Assembly: GCA_036741355.1 (NCBI GenBank)
Contig: DAINSK010000013.1
Span: 2,349-66,348, forward strand
Direction: 5' to 3'
DNA: 64,000 nucleotides
DNA from: Chloroflexota bacterium
Lineage (GTDB): Bacteria; Chloroflexota; Dehalococcoidia; CAUJGQ01
Below are positions 1 through 9,060 of this stretch, piece after piece (positions within the stretch are counted from its first letter, which is position 1; every line of letters starts with the position of its first letter). The notes under the pieces were generated by a model. That model had not been told where the DNA came from and searched no databases. It saw only the letters and a list, made by a program, of their open reading frames with translations. The position numbers and the translations under genes are program-made.

Positions 1-72
1 CGTCACCTGGTGTCTGGTCCAGATATGTTCTTCCCGTTCAGCTGAAATCAGCACCTCCCGAATACGTACCAC
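1..72 (-). CDS. BrnT-like (DUF497-type) toxin, N-terminal part, runs off window edge
   Basis: Manual translation from GTG at 72: MVRIREVLISAEREEHIWTRHQVT, with AAAGGA RBS upstream. It resembles the 'I..L.W...EHI..H.V' start of BrnT-type toxins. Not in the ORF track. Confidence 0.5.
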   Translation of the reverse strand, partial: MVRIREVLISAEREEHIWTRHQVT

Positions 73-133
73 TATGACATCCTTTGGAGGATATTGTATT
101 ACTGCGTTGATGAAACAAGCAAACGAATAATAC

Positions 134-162
134 CTGACATGTAGTAGTACTCATGTTATATT
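134..162 (+). promoter_or_regulatory. sigma70-type promoter with an inverted-repeat operator for the abrB-vapC operon
   Basis: CTGACA(134-139)-17 nt-TATATT(157-162) with TG at 154-155. Inverted repeat ACATG(137-141)/CATGT(152-156) overlaps the -35 and spacer. ATG is at 173 with no SD. Confidence 0.55.
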
Positions 163-172
163 GGGTCGTACC

Positions 173-463
173 ATGCCATCGATAGAACTACCACACTACG
201 TATACACCTCGAACCTGACCCGCAAGGGCCAGGTGACGATACCGGTCTCTATCCGCCGTCAGCTGGGACTCAAGCGCGGCGATAAGGTCGCCTTCGTTCA
301 GGAGGGTGAAACCGTCACGCTCAAGCCGGCCCAGAGTGTGACCGACCGGACCGCCGGAGCACTAAGGCAGTACCGGCGCGTACCAAGCCCAACGCCCCAG
401 GAAGAGCGCGAGGCCTTTGCTCAAGCTGTAGCCGATGAGGTGGCTGAAACACTTGGAGGCTAA
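173..463 (+). CDS. vapB: AbrB/MazE/SpoVT-family antitoxin
   Basis: LTRKGQVTIPVSIRRQLGLKRGDKVAF is the SpoVT-AbrB signature; its TAA abuts the ATG of a PIN gene. Confidence 0.9.
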   Translation: MPSIELPHYVYTSNLTRKGQVTIPVSIRRQLGLKRGDKVAFVQEGETVTLKPAQSVTDRTAGALRQYRRVPSPTPQEEREAFAQAVADEVAETLGG

Positions 464-877
464 ATGGCCGGTCTCCCGTTGCTGGACACCAACCCTATCC
501 TGCGCCATGCGCTCGACGACCATCTGGATCATTCACCGCGTTCCCATGCGCTTTTTGCCCGCGTCGAACAGGGCCAGGAACGGCTGCGCCTGACCGACAC
601 CGTTGTCTTCGAAGCCGCTTTCACGCTCGAACGGTTCTATAAAGTCCCCCGGGTCGCCATCCGCACCACGCTGCTTGATATCATCCTAATCCCCGGACTC
701 GCGCTGCCCGGCAAACAAGCATACCGACAGGTGTTTGACCTCTGGGTCAGCCAACCCAAGCTGTCGTTTGCCGACTGTTACCATGTGGTCTTTGTCCAGC
801 GGCACAACTTGCCGGCCATCGTCACATTCGACCAAGATTTCGACCCGGTACCCGGGCTCACCCGCCGCGAGCCGTAA
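464..877 (+). CDS. vapC: PIN-domain toxin
   Basis: LLDTNPILR...E...SFADC...TFDQDF acidic PIN motifs. Confidence 0.9.
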   Translation: MAGLPLLDTNPILRHALDDHLDHSPRSHALFARVEQGQERLRLTDTVVFEAAFTLERFYKVPRVAIRTTLLDIILIPGLALPGKQAYRQVFDLWVSQPKLSFADCYHVVFVQRHNLPAIVTFDQDFDPVPGLTRREP

Positions 878-1167
878 CCATTCGGGTCGCAGTTCGGCCA
901 CAAGGCTCTGTTCATGGCGGACGCCGGCGCGCATTGAGTTGGGTCAACTCGTCGCAAACGATGGGTTCTACGACATCGAGCCTTCGCGGGGAGCGGAAGC
1001 AACGGAGGGAAGCTCCTGCCGCTGTCTGCGCCGCTGCTTCAGTAACGCAGCGACGCGCTCTGGCGTGTGAATAGGGAGCACGTGCAGCGGTACCTGCCCC
1101 CCAACCGCTCGGTCTGGACCGAGAACGTCGGTTGATTCGAGCTCAGGCGGATCTGTGGCGCCGGCCC

Positions 1168-1203
1168 GAAGAGTTTGAGCTGATTGCGGCGGATTTGCGG
1201 TGA
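1168..1203 (+). repeat. Remnant copy of an hsdM 3' end (EEFELIAADLR*), inverted relative to hsdM 24291-24320
   Basis: GAAGAGTTTGAGCTGATTGCGGCGGATTTG matches the reverse complement of 24291-24320 at 28/30; both differences are at synonymous third positions. Confidence 0.75.
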
Positions 1204-1291
1204 GTGATGGCGCCTAACGAGGATTCCGCTTAATGATGAGACCGGTGTAAGTTTCGAACAGTTAGTCAGTCGCAGAAGCGGGTGCAAATCA

Positions 1292-2188
1292 ATGCAGGGA
1301 ACACGGACACCGCCAAGAGACCGATGGAAGATATCACGACTAATCGCGTATATCGCTGCGTCACTGTTGCTCTCGTTCATCGGGATGGTAGCGGCCGGTC
1401 TGCCCGGCTCCAGTTCGATTCTCCCGGCCAGAGCTCATGGCGCGGTGCAGGCCGATGCTTGCAGCAATGCCAGCCTGAAAGGCAACTACGCCTTTGTCCT
1501 GCGCGGAGGGCCGGTACTCGGCGTCGACGGCACGCCACTGAGCGTTCCGCAGCCGCAAGCCGTGCTGGAGATGCTCTTATACGACGGCGCCGGCAACTTC
1601 ACCGCGTCCGATACAGCAAACCGCAATGGTGAGATAGGACGGGAAGCCATTAGCGGCACATACTCTGTGAGTCCCGACTGCACCTTCACCGAAATCGAAT
1701 ACACGAGTGATGGCACGGCGTATCACTCCGCCGGCGTCCTCGTAGATGGTGGCAACGAGTATCACTTCATCGACACGGACCCGGGAGCAGTGTTCAGCGC
1801 GACCGGTTACCGGTATTCGTCGGGCGCTTGCAGCAATGCGAGCTTGAATGGCGTCTATGGAAGCCTGGCCACCGGGTTTGTGATCCTGAATCCGGACGGA
1901 ACGCGCCTGGCAACGCCGCTGCCGGTCGCCGTTATTGCGAGCTTCTCGTACGACGGCGCCGGTGCCGTGACCGCGAGCAGCATCGCGAGTTACGGCGCCG
2001 GTGGTACGTCCTATACCGGCGTCGGAACCTACACGGTGAATCCGGATTGCCAGGGCACCGCCACGATCACCACCTCCGATGGCGAGACCGGCAATACAGC
2101 CTTCGTTGTCGTGGACGGGGGCAGGGCCGTGTACTTCGTTGGGCTGGACAACGACGACGTCTTTACGGGTTCGAGTGTGCGTCAATAG
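1292..2188 (+). CDS. Secreted protein with two tandem ~125-aa beta-rich repeats
   Basis: Signal-like N-terminus. Repeats read ACSNASLKGNY...YDGAG...GTYSVSPDC and ACSNASLNGVY...YDGAG...GTYTVNPDC. Confidence 0.75.
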   Translation: MQGTRTPPRDRWKISRLIAYIAASLLLSFIGMVAAGLPGSSSILPARAHGAVQADACSNASLKGNYAFVLRGGPVLGVDGTPLSVPQPQAVLEMLLYDGAGNFTASDTANRNGEIGREAISGTYSVSPDCTFTEIEYTSDGTAYHSAGVLVDGGNEYHFIDTDPGAVFSATGYRYSSGACSNASLNGVYGSLATGFVILNPDGTRLATPLPVAVIASFSYDGAGAVTASSIASYGAGGTSYTGVGTYTVNPDCQGTATITTSDGETGNTAFVVVDGGRAVYFVGLDNDDVFTGSSVRQ

Positions 2189-2202
2189 CCGGTACGGCCG
2201 TC

Positions 2203-2636
2203 CTATAGCTGCTGGGCCAGGTCAATGAAGCCATACTGGTGAAAATCCTCGTCGAAGGTGAAGGCAGTACCGATGCCGAGACGCTCCATGATCGCGAAGC
2301 TTGTGGCGTCCGTATAGCTAAAGTCCTTGTCACCGTATTGCTGCAAGATTGCTCGAGCGCGGCGCTCGTCGGCTGGCCTCACCCGAATCACTCGCATCTC
2401 GCCATCGACGAGTTCCTGGATGACCTGCAAGGCTGCAGCGCGTCCCAGGTGCGACAGGGTCAGAGCGTGCGTCTCAGCCACGATGAAGTTGCTGGTGTAC
2501 GTGCGCCCCGCTCCTCGGCCAGCCGTCTCGCAACGCGCAATGCGTCAGCATGGACAGTATCGGCTGGATCAACAAGGCCGTAGTGGGCTGACGTGTCGAC
2601 AAAAACTTGGCGGGATGGAAACGGCGCCAGCGTCAT
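2203..2636 (-). pseudogene. vapC: PIN/VapC toxin with a 1-nt frameshift near 2505-2510
   Basis: ATG 2636 gives MTLAPFPSRQVFVDTSAHYGLVDPAD...LAEER. It continues in a shifted frame as RTYTSNFIVAETHAL...FSYTDATSF...FTFDEDF. Confidence 0.8.
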
Positions 2637-2959
2637 CGCTTGGTTTGGTGGCGCGAATCGGTACCGTAAGCCTCGGCGAGATACTTGTGCTTGTTGCGGG
2701 CGACATCGACGGGTCCCTGGGGGCGATCGGTAATACTATCGCCGATAGCAGCCAGGCCAAGTAGGGTGCTTCGCCGATTGCCAGTTCTTCGTCCTGCTCT
2801 TGCCGGCAGTTCGGGTTCTTGCATCGCTGGCCTCAGGTACGCAAGCGTCTCGCCGTCGCGCTTGAGGGCACGGGGTTTGCGGTCGCGTTGCACCTGCTCG
2901 GCCAAGGCGGCAAGGCCGGGAATCCTATCGACATCGAATGGAATCTGTTCGCTTGCCAT
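2633..2959 (-). CDS. Antitoxin partner of the downstream PIN gene
   Basis: 108 aa with ATGA overlap onto the PIN start; C-terminal DVARNKHKYLAEAY is typical of VapB-type antitoxins. Confidence 0.7.
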   Translation of the reverse strand: MASEQIPFDVDRIPGLAALAEQVQRDRKPRALKRDGETLAYLRPAMQEPELPARAGRRTGNRRSTLLGLAAIGDSITDRPQGPVDVARNKHKYLAEAYGTDSRHQTKR

Positions 2960-3002
2960 GATGGTCTTCTTCCGGCTTTCGGACCTATTATTGCACGGGC
3001 CA

Positions 3003-4382
3003 CTACCCAATCATCCAGTCGCCGCGCTGCGCCCGTTGGAGGCCCAGGTTCTCGCGCAGGGTTGCGCCCGCGTACTCGCGCTGATGAAGGCCTCGCCGTT
3101 GTAGTTCGGGCACCACGAGCCGTACAAAGTCCTCGTATGCTCCCGGCATGTGCGTCGCCGCGAGCACGAACCCGTCGCACGCCTCCGTGACGAACCACTC
3201 CTCGAGCTCGTCCGCCACGTCCTTCGGTGTACCGATAAAGTGCGGGTGCTCCGCCAGCGTTCCGCGCCCGCTATATTTGATGAAGTCGCGCGCCGTTGGG
3301 TTCGCCTTGCCGGAGTCGCGGATCACGCGGTCGCGAAGCGCCTGCAACCCGCTGATCGACGCCAGGTCCTCGTCGGAGAACGGGTCGTCCAGGCCTCGTC
3401 GCGAAAAGTCGTAGTTCAGCACTTCAGATAACAGCACCAGCGCGTCAATCGGCTCCGCCAGACCCTCGATGTAGGCTGCTTTGTCAGCGGCCATGCTTCT
3501 CGTCTCGGCGACGACGCAGTACACCGCGGGCAGGATTTTGACCCGGTCCGGGTCTCGCCCGAGGCGCGCGACCTCATGCTTGAACTCCCGGTAGCCTTTC
3601 TGTGCGAGCTCGCGATTCGGGTCGATGATGAACACGAGCTCAGCCCATCGGGCGGCAAATTGGCGGCCTCTCCCGCTCTGGCCGGCCTGGATGATGATCG
3701 GGCGCCCCTGGGGCGTCCGCGGTACCGTGAACGGCCCGCGGGTTCGGATCGACGCTCCCTCGTGGTCCAGGCGATGCACTTTGGCGGGATCGGCGAAGAT
3801 GCCCCGCTCCCGGTCGTAGATGATCGCGTCATCCTCCCAGGTGTCCCAGTGGCCGAGGACCGCTTCCATGAACTCGTCCGCGTGGTCGTAGCGGGCGTCG
3901 TGGCCGAGCTGGGTCGCGCGGCCAAAATTCGCCGCTTCGGAATCATTTAACGAGGTGACGACGTTCCACGCCGCCCGACCGCCGAGCATGTGGTCGAGCG
4001 TAGCGAAGACACGCGCGACGTGAAACGGCTCGTAATACGTCGTCGAATACGTCCCGCCGATGCCCAGGTGGCGCGTCGCCAGCCCCATCGCCGTCATCAG
4101 CGGGATCAGGTCCAGCTTCACGGTTCGAATCCCGTGCCGGACCGCCTCCGAGAAGTCATCCCCGTAGCGGTCGGGCATGGCGAGACGATCGTCGAAGAAA
4201 GCTAGGTGGAACTTCCCGGCCTCGAGTGTGCGCGAGATGCGCTGGTAGTACTCGGCGGTTAGGAAGTCCGACGCGGTTGCCTCATGCCGCCACGAAGCCG
4301 GGTAATTGGAGCAGTTTTGGCCCTGGAGGAAGCCGACCAGCGTCATCTGGCGGCGCGGAACCGCTTCAGTTACGGAACTCAT
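3003..4382 (-). CDS. NtaA/SnaA/DszA-family FMN-dependent monooxygenase (LLM class)
   Basis: GKFHLAFFDD, STTYYEPFHVAR, GRAAWNVVTS and QAGQSGRG motifs. Confidence 0.92.
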   Translation of the reverse strand: MSSVTEAVPRRQMTLVGFLQGQNCSNYPASWRHEATASDFLTAEYYQRISRTLEAGKFHLAFFDDRLAMPDRYGDDFSEAVRHGIRTVKLDLIPLMTAMGLATRHLGIGGTYSTTYYEPFHVARVFATLDHMLGGRAAWNVVTSLNDSEAANFGRATQLGHDARYDHADEFMEAVLGHWDTWEDDAIIYDRERGIFADPAKVHRLDHEGASIRTRGPFTVPRTPQGRPIIIQAGQSGRGRQFAARWAELVFIIDPNRELAQKGYREFKHEVARLGRDPDRVKILPAVYCVVAETRSMAADKAAYIEGLAEPIDALVLLSEVLNYDFSRRGLDDPFSDEDLASISGLQALRDRVIRDSGKANPTARDFIKYSGRGTLAEHPHFIGTPKDVADELEEWFVTEACDGFVLAATHMPGAYEDFVRLVVPELQRRGLHQREYAGATLRENLGLQRAQRGDWMIG

Positions 4383-4396
4383 CTCGCGATGCACGC

Positions 4397-5479
4397 CTAC
4401 AGGAGCCGCCCGCCGGGCATGTTGACCCACGCGCTCATCTCGTGGGCGGGCGTCACCGGCTCCGCCGCGCACACGTAGTTTGCGTTGATCTGGTCGATGC
4501 ACGTCACACCGAGGAGCCCCATGGCCACCGTCATCTCGTGTTCCAGAAGCTCGAGCACCCGAACGAGTCCGTCTTTGCCGGCAGCGGCCAGCCCCCAGCC
4601 ATGCAACTTGCCGATGGCCACGGCACGGGCGCCGAGCGCAATCGCCTTAACAACGTCCGTTCCGCGCAGGATGCCGCCGTCCAGCACGATCTCCGCCCTG
4701 CCCGCGACGGCCTGCACGATTTCCGGCAGTGTGTCGATTGTGCCCCGTGCGTGGTCGAGTTGCCGGCCGCCGTGATTCGATACCCAGATCACGTCGACGC
4801 CGTGTTCGACGGCAAGCAGCGCGTCCTCGGCGGTCTGCACCCCCTTGACCATAAACGGTCCGCCCCACAGCTCCTTGATCAGGTCCAGCGTCTCCCATGT
4901 CAGAGCGGCGAGGTACGATCGCTGGACAGTGCTCCTGTTGCGCTGGGTGGGGGTCATCCAGCGAGACAGCATCGGCCGTTCCCGCCGGCTGTACATGGCG
5001 ACATCGACCGTGAGGCAGAGGGCCGCGTAGCCGGCCGATTTCACACGCGCGACGATGTCTCGCACCCAGTCCATGTCGCCGTGAACATAGAGCTGAAACA
5101 TCCTGGTTCCGTCACTGGCCGCAGCGGTCTCTTCGAGGCTCGGCTGCGTGGCAGAGCTAATAACAGGTATCGTGCCAAACTCCGCCGCCGCCCTCGCGGA
5201 AGCGACGGCCCCTTCCGGTGTAAAAGCCTGCAGCGAGCCGATCGGGGCAAGCAATACGGGGATGCGCAATCGATGGCCCAGGAACGACGTTGACGGGTCA
5301 ATACTGGAGACGTCGACGAGCACGCGCGGCCGGAACCCCAGGCGGTCGAAGCCGAGCCGGTTGCGGCGCATGGTGGTCTCGGACTCGGACGCGCCGACAA
5401 GATAATCCCACGGCCCCTGGAGGAGGTTGCGGCGCGCCGCGAGCACGATCTCTTCGTTGCTGAGGAATTCCGGGTTCAT
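4397..5479 (-). CDS. FMN-dependent alpha-hydroxy-acid oxidase/dehydrogenase
   Basis: VSNHGGRQLD, DGGILRGTDVVKAIALGA and FQLY motifs. Confidence 0.93.
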   Translation of the reverse strand: MNPEFLSNEEIVLAARRNLLQGPWDYLVGASESETTMRRNRLGFDRLGFRPRVLVDVSSIDPSTSFLGHRLRIPVLLAPIGSLQAFTPEGAVASARAAAEFGTIPVISSATQPSLEETAAASDGTRMFQLYVHGDMDWVRDIVARVKSAGYAALCLTVDVAMYSRRERPMLSRWMTPTQRNRSTVQRSYLAALTWETLDLIKELWGGPFMVKGVQTAEDALLAVEHGVDVIWVSNHGGRQLDHARGTIDTLPEIVQAVAGRAEIVLDGGILRGTDVVKAIALGARAVAIGKLHGWGLAAAGKDGLVRVLELLEHEMTVAMGLLGVTCIDQINANYVCAAEPVTPAHEMSAWVNMPGGRLL

Positions 5480-5507
5480 GTCGTTGCCCCGTCTATCACG
5501 CTTATCG

Positions 5508-6413
5508 TCATACGGCCGCCGGACGAAACTCCGTGGCCACCTCGTCGATAAATCGGGAGTAGATCTGCTTCTTCTGGTCCATTTCAATTTCGGCAGCCTG
5601 GATGATGATCTCGTCCACCCCGGCGCTGATGTAGTCGCTGATCTGCTGCTTCACTTCACCGGGGTTTCCGGCGATCACGGCCCGCGCCGTGCCCCGGGCG
5701 CGCTCTACGACCGAGGCGTCATCGGAAAGGGCAAGCAATGCCATCGCAGACCGCGATATCTCCGCCGGATTGCGACCAATCTCGGCGCAGTGCCGGTCGA
5801 GGATCGCCCCTTTGTGTCGCATCACCTCCGGTGTGCCCCAGACGTTCCATTCGTTGGCATACCGGGCGGCGATCCGCAGTGTCTTCTGTTCACCGCCGCC
5901 GCCGATGAGGAGTGGCAGCGGTCGCTGGACCGGCTTGGGCTCAAGCGGCGCTTCGGTTAACTGGTAATACCGTCCGGCGAACGTCGTGCGTTCATTCTCA
6001 AACAGCCCCTTGATTACCTGGCACGCCTCTTCGAGGCGCCGCAACCGCCCGCCGACGGTGTAGAAGGGGATGCCGTACGCCTTGTGCTCGTTCTCCTGCC
6101 AGCCCGCGCCGAGGCCGAGCACGAAGCGGCCGCCGCTGATCTGATCGATGCCCGCGGCCATCTTGGCCAGCACCGCGGGATGGCGGAAGGTGTTGCCGCA
6201 TACGAGCGTACCAATCCGCACCCTCGGCACTGCCGCGGCGAGTGCTGCGACCATCGTCCAGCCCTCATTCATAGGTCCATTCGCGGCGGCGGTGTTGGGC
6301 ATGAAGTGGTCCGAAAACCAGATGCCATCCCAGCCGATCGATTCGGTGTAGCGGCATTCGTCGAGGATGTCTCGCCAGGTGCTGGCCGCTTCGATCGAGA
6401 TCGCAAAACGCAT
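5508..6413 (-). CDS. LLM-class, probably F420-dependent oxidoreductase
   Basis: SDHF, GTLVCGNTFRHPAVLAK, LGLGAGWQENEH and IGGGGEQKTLRIAARYANEWN; GGGAGG RBS. Confidence 0.9.
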   Translation of the reverse strand: MRFAISIEAASTWRDILDECRYTESIGWDGIWFSDHFMPNTAAANGPMNEGWTMVAALAAAVPRVRIGTLVCGNTFRHPAVLAKMAAGIDQISGGRFVLGLGAGWQENEHKAYGIPFYTVGGRLRRLEEACQVIKGLFENERTTFAGRYYQLTEAPLEPKPVQRPLPLLIGGGGEQKTLRIAARYANEWNVWGTPEVMRHKGAILDRHCAEIGRNPAEISRSAMALLALSDDASVVERARGTARAVIAGNPGEVKQQISDYISAGVDEIIIQAAEIEMDQKKQIYSRFIDEVATEFRPAAV

Positions 6414-6460
6414 CAAATCCTCCCTTGTGAATGGAGCACACGCGGGGGTACACCTGCGCC

Positions 6461-6484
6461 GAGAATACTGAACCGGGTATTCTC
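6461..6484. promoter_or_regulatory. Inverted repeat GAGAATAC-N8-GTATTCTC, candidate operator
   Basis: Perfect 8-bp arms upstream of the LLM gene; one arm recurs at 10021-10028 upstream of another LLM gene. Confidence 0.35.
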
Positions 6485-6559
6485 ACGCGGTACCCGGGCC
6501 GTCGCTGCGACCCAGCGTACCGTAGCGGTGGCGTACCGTCATCGTTGCAGGCGGTCCCG

Positions 6560-6710
6560 GCGACTAAAGTCGCAGGCTCATGTAGCAAAGTCCGTCTGAC
6601 CGGACTACTGGTTAGCATCCCCGCCGGCGAGCGCCGCAACCGGCGTAAGCCGGTTTTGTCATCTGAGCCTGCAGTTTCAACCGCCGGGCGATCCCCGGGT
6701 GTGTTGAATC
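6560..6710 (+). ncRNA. Candidate structured RNA of unknown class
   Basis: 9-bp closing stem GCAGGCTCA(6572-6580)/TGAGCCTGC(6664-6672). It encloses AGTCCG/CGGACT and AACCGGC-GTAA-GCCGGTT hairpins; a TTCAAC/GTTGAA stem follows. Confidence 0.35.
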
Positions 6711-6982
6711 CACCGGGCGACCGGGCGATCAGCCGCGTACGCGGGCCGGACAAAACTTTGATGTGCAACCGGCAGGCCCACCGAAGGTCAACGCTTTATC
6801 GCGCTCATCGAGCATACGCCGGAGGACATCGTATGCTGCAGTGTACAGACCAGAGGCGCGACACCGGTCGCTGCGGCGGGAATTCAGGCTCGACCCCGGC
6901 TGGGTGTTCCTTAGCCACAACTCGTGTGGCGCCCGATCGCCATCGCAATATAGCCATATAGATGAATAGAGGGGATATTCAG

Positions 6983-7900
6983 ATGTCCATGCCTGAGCGC
7001 AAACCACCAACGCTGGAAGAGGTTGTGGATTACCTGCACGGCGCGCGTAGCAACTGGGGGCGCTGGGGCCCTGACGACCAGCGCGGCGCCGTGAACCTGA
7101 TCACGCCGGCAAAGAGGGTTGCGGCGGCGTCGCTCGTGCGCAGCGGGCGCAGCGTCTCGCTCAGCCGGGTGTGGCCGCGCACCCCCGGACCGGACAATCC
7201 AACCCCCGCCCAACACTACATGACCATGAACCAACGCGGCAGCGGCGGTTGGGCAGCGGACTACTACGGCATCTCCTACCACGGCTATGCGACGACCCAT
7301 ATCGACGCCCTCTGCCATGTATGGGACGAGCACGGCATGTGGAACGGCCGCAACCCGCAGCAAGAGATCACCATGGGCGGCGCCCGCTTCGGCGACATCG
7401 ATCAATGGCGCGACGGAATCATCACCCGTGGCGTGCTTCTGGACGTGCCGAAGCACCGCGGCGTACCGTATGTCACCGATGACAGCCCTGTACATGGCTG
7501 GGAACTGGAGGAGATCGCCGCCGCACAGGGGGTGAAGCTGGAAGCCGGCGACGCGCTCTTCGTGTACAGCGGCCGCGAAGAGTTTCACCGGGCCAACCCG
7601 AACCGGTCCATCGGTCTGCGTCCGGGTTTGCACAGCTCCTGCCTGCCATTCATTCGTGATCACGACGTCGCCGTTCTCGGTTGGGACCTCATGGACGCCG
7701 CGAACGGCGAGTATGCGATCCCATGGACGGTACATGGCGCCCTCTTCGCCTACGGCGTGGCCCTCGTCGATAACTGCCTGCTGCAGCCGCTGGCAGATGC
7801 ATGCGTGGAAGAGGGACGATGCGACTTCATGCTGACGGTGGCGCCGTTGCGCGTCGTTGGCGGCACGGGCTCGCCCGCCAACCCGCTCGCGCTGTTTTAG
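6983..7900 (+). CDS. Cyclase-family (kynurenine formamidase-like) metal hydrolase
   Basis: NWGRWGPDDQRGAVNLIT, HGYATTHIDALCH, RGVLLDV and GGTGSPANPLA. Confidence 0.9.
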   Translation: MSMPERKPPTLEEVVDYLHGARSNWGRWGPDDQRGAVNLITPAKRVAAASLVRSGRSVSLSRVWPRTPGPDNPTPAQHYMTMNQRGSGGWAADYYGISYHGYATTHIDALCHVWDEHGMWNGRNPQQEITMGGARFGDIDQWRDGIITRGVLLDVPKHRGVPYVTDDSPVHGWELEEIAAAQGVKLEAGDALFVYSGREEFHRANPNRSIGLRPGLHSSCLPFIRDHDVAVLGWDLMDAANGEYAIPWTVHGALFAYGVALVDNCLLQPLADACVEEGRCDFMLTVAPLRVVGGTGSPANPLALF

Positions 7901-7989
7901 GTCCTTCAGCCGGGACCGTCGCCGGCGTCTTCACGGCCCGCGGCCGTGTGGCTCGCTAGATCACCCGGCGCGAAGTAAGGAATAATGGA

Positions 7990-9015
7990 ATGCGGTTCGG
8001 TCTCGCTTATGACTTTCGCAACCCCGAGCAGTGGCGGTTGCCGTGGCCGCAATTCTACGGCGCCGTACTCGATCAGATTGTCTACGCGGAGCAGCTAGGG
8101 TTCGATTCGGTCTGGCTGACCGAACATCATTTCGTTGCGGACGGCTACCTGCCGGCATCACTGGCGATCGCCGCCGCTATCGCCGCCCGCACGTCTCGGA
8201 TACGGATCGGCACCTTCATCCTGGAACTACCGCTGTATCACGCCGCGCAGGTAGCTGAACAGGTTGCGGTCATTGATCAGCTTTCGGGCGGTCGAATCGA
8301 GCTCGGGCTTGGTATGGGATATCGCGAGGAAGAGTTCCGGGCGTTTGGCGTGCCGCGCAAGCAGCGGGTAGGACGCTTTGTGGAAGGGATTCACGTACTC
8401 AGGGCGCTGTTCGGCGGCGGACCGGTCACACACCGCGGCCGCTACTACGAATTGGACGGCGTACAACTCGGCCCCCCGCCAGCGCAGCTGGGTGGACCGC
8501 CCATGTGGCTGGGGGCGATGAGCGTGCCGCAGGCTCAGAGGGCGGCGGCGCTACGCGCCAACCTGATGCCACAAGGCGATCGACGCGAAACCTACGATCC
8601 GTGGCACGAAGCGCTCGCGGCTTCCGGTGAGGATCCGACCGACTACCGGGTGCTGGTCAACCGCCCATTCATGGTCACCGATGATCCCGGCCGTGCGTGG
8701 CAGCGGTTGCGACCGGGCGAGGCGTACCGCGCCGGATTATATGCCGAGTGGTTAAACGCGGGCGGCCAGCCGCCCGTGCGACCCACGCAGCCGGAGGGCA
8801 GCGCGGTAGTGCCGGTGCTCGAAGGCCGCTACCTGCTGGGCACGCCGCAGCATATCGTCGCGGAAATCCGTACATACCGCGAGCGCGTACCGGTCACCGA
8901 CTTGATCGCGTGGGGTGTCCCGCTTGGTCTGAGACCCGATGACCCGGAGTTAATGCTCTCGCTGGAGCAGTTTTCCCAAGAGGTCATTCCAACGCTTGCG
9001 CCACGGCCTGGTTGA
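7990..9015 (+). CDS. LLM-class flavin-dependent oxidoreductase
   Basis: GFDSVWLTEHHF...GY, RIRIGT and LSGGRIELGLGMGYREEEF. Confidence 0.9.
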   Translation: MRFGLAYDFRNPEQWRLPWPQFYGAVLDQIVYAEQLGFDSVWLTEHHFVADGYLPASLAIAAAIAARTSRIRIGTFILELPLYHAAQVAEQVAVIDQLSGGRIELGLGMGYREEEFRAFGVPRKQRVGRFVEGIHVLRALFGGGPVTHRGRYYELDGVQLGPPPAQLGGPPMWLGAMSVPQAQRAAALRANLMPQGDRRETYDPWHEALAASGEDPTDYRVLVNRPFMVTDDPGRAWQRLRPGEAYRAGLYAEWLNAGGQPPVRPTQPEGSAVVPVLEGRYLLGTPQHIVAEIRTYRERVPVTDLIAWGVPLGLRPDDPELMLSLEQFSQEVIPTLAPRPG

Positions 9016-9060
9016 ACCGTTATTGGCACCACACAACGCGATTTCCGACGAAGTGGCGCC

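Noticed and set aside
4226-5293. Long antisense ORFs (also 31278-33218, 50078-51196, 62133-63170 and others)
   Set aside because: Shadow frames of well-supported genes in high-GC DNA, with no motifs.
6580-6615. c-di-GMP-I or fluoride riboswitch
   Set aside because: Partial GCAAAG and AAACTGC words only; the required first hairpin or pseudoknot is absent.
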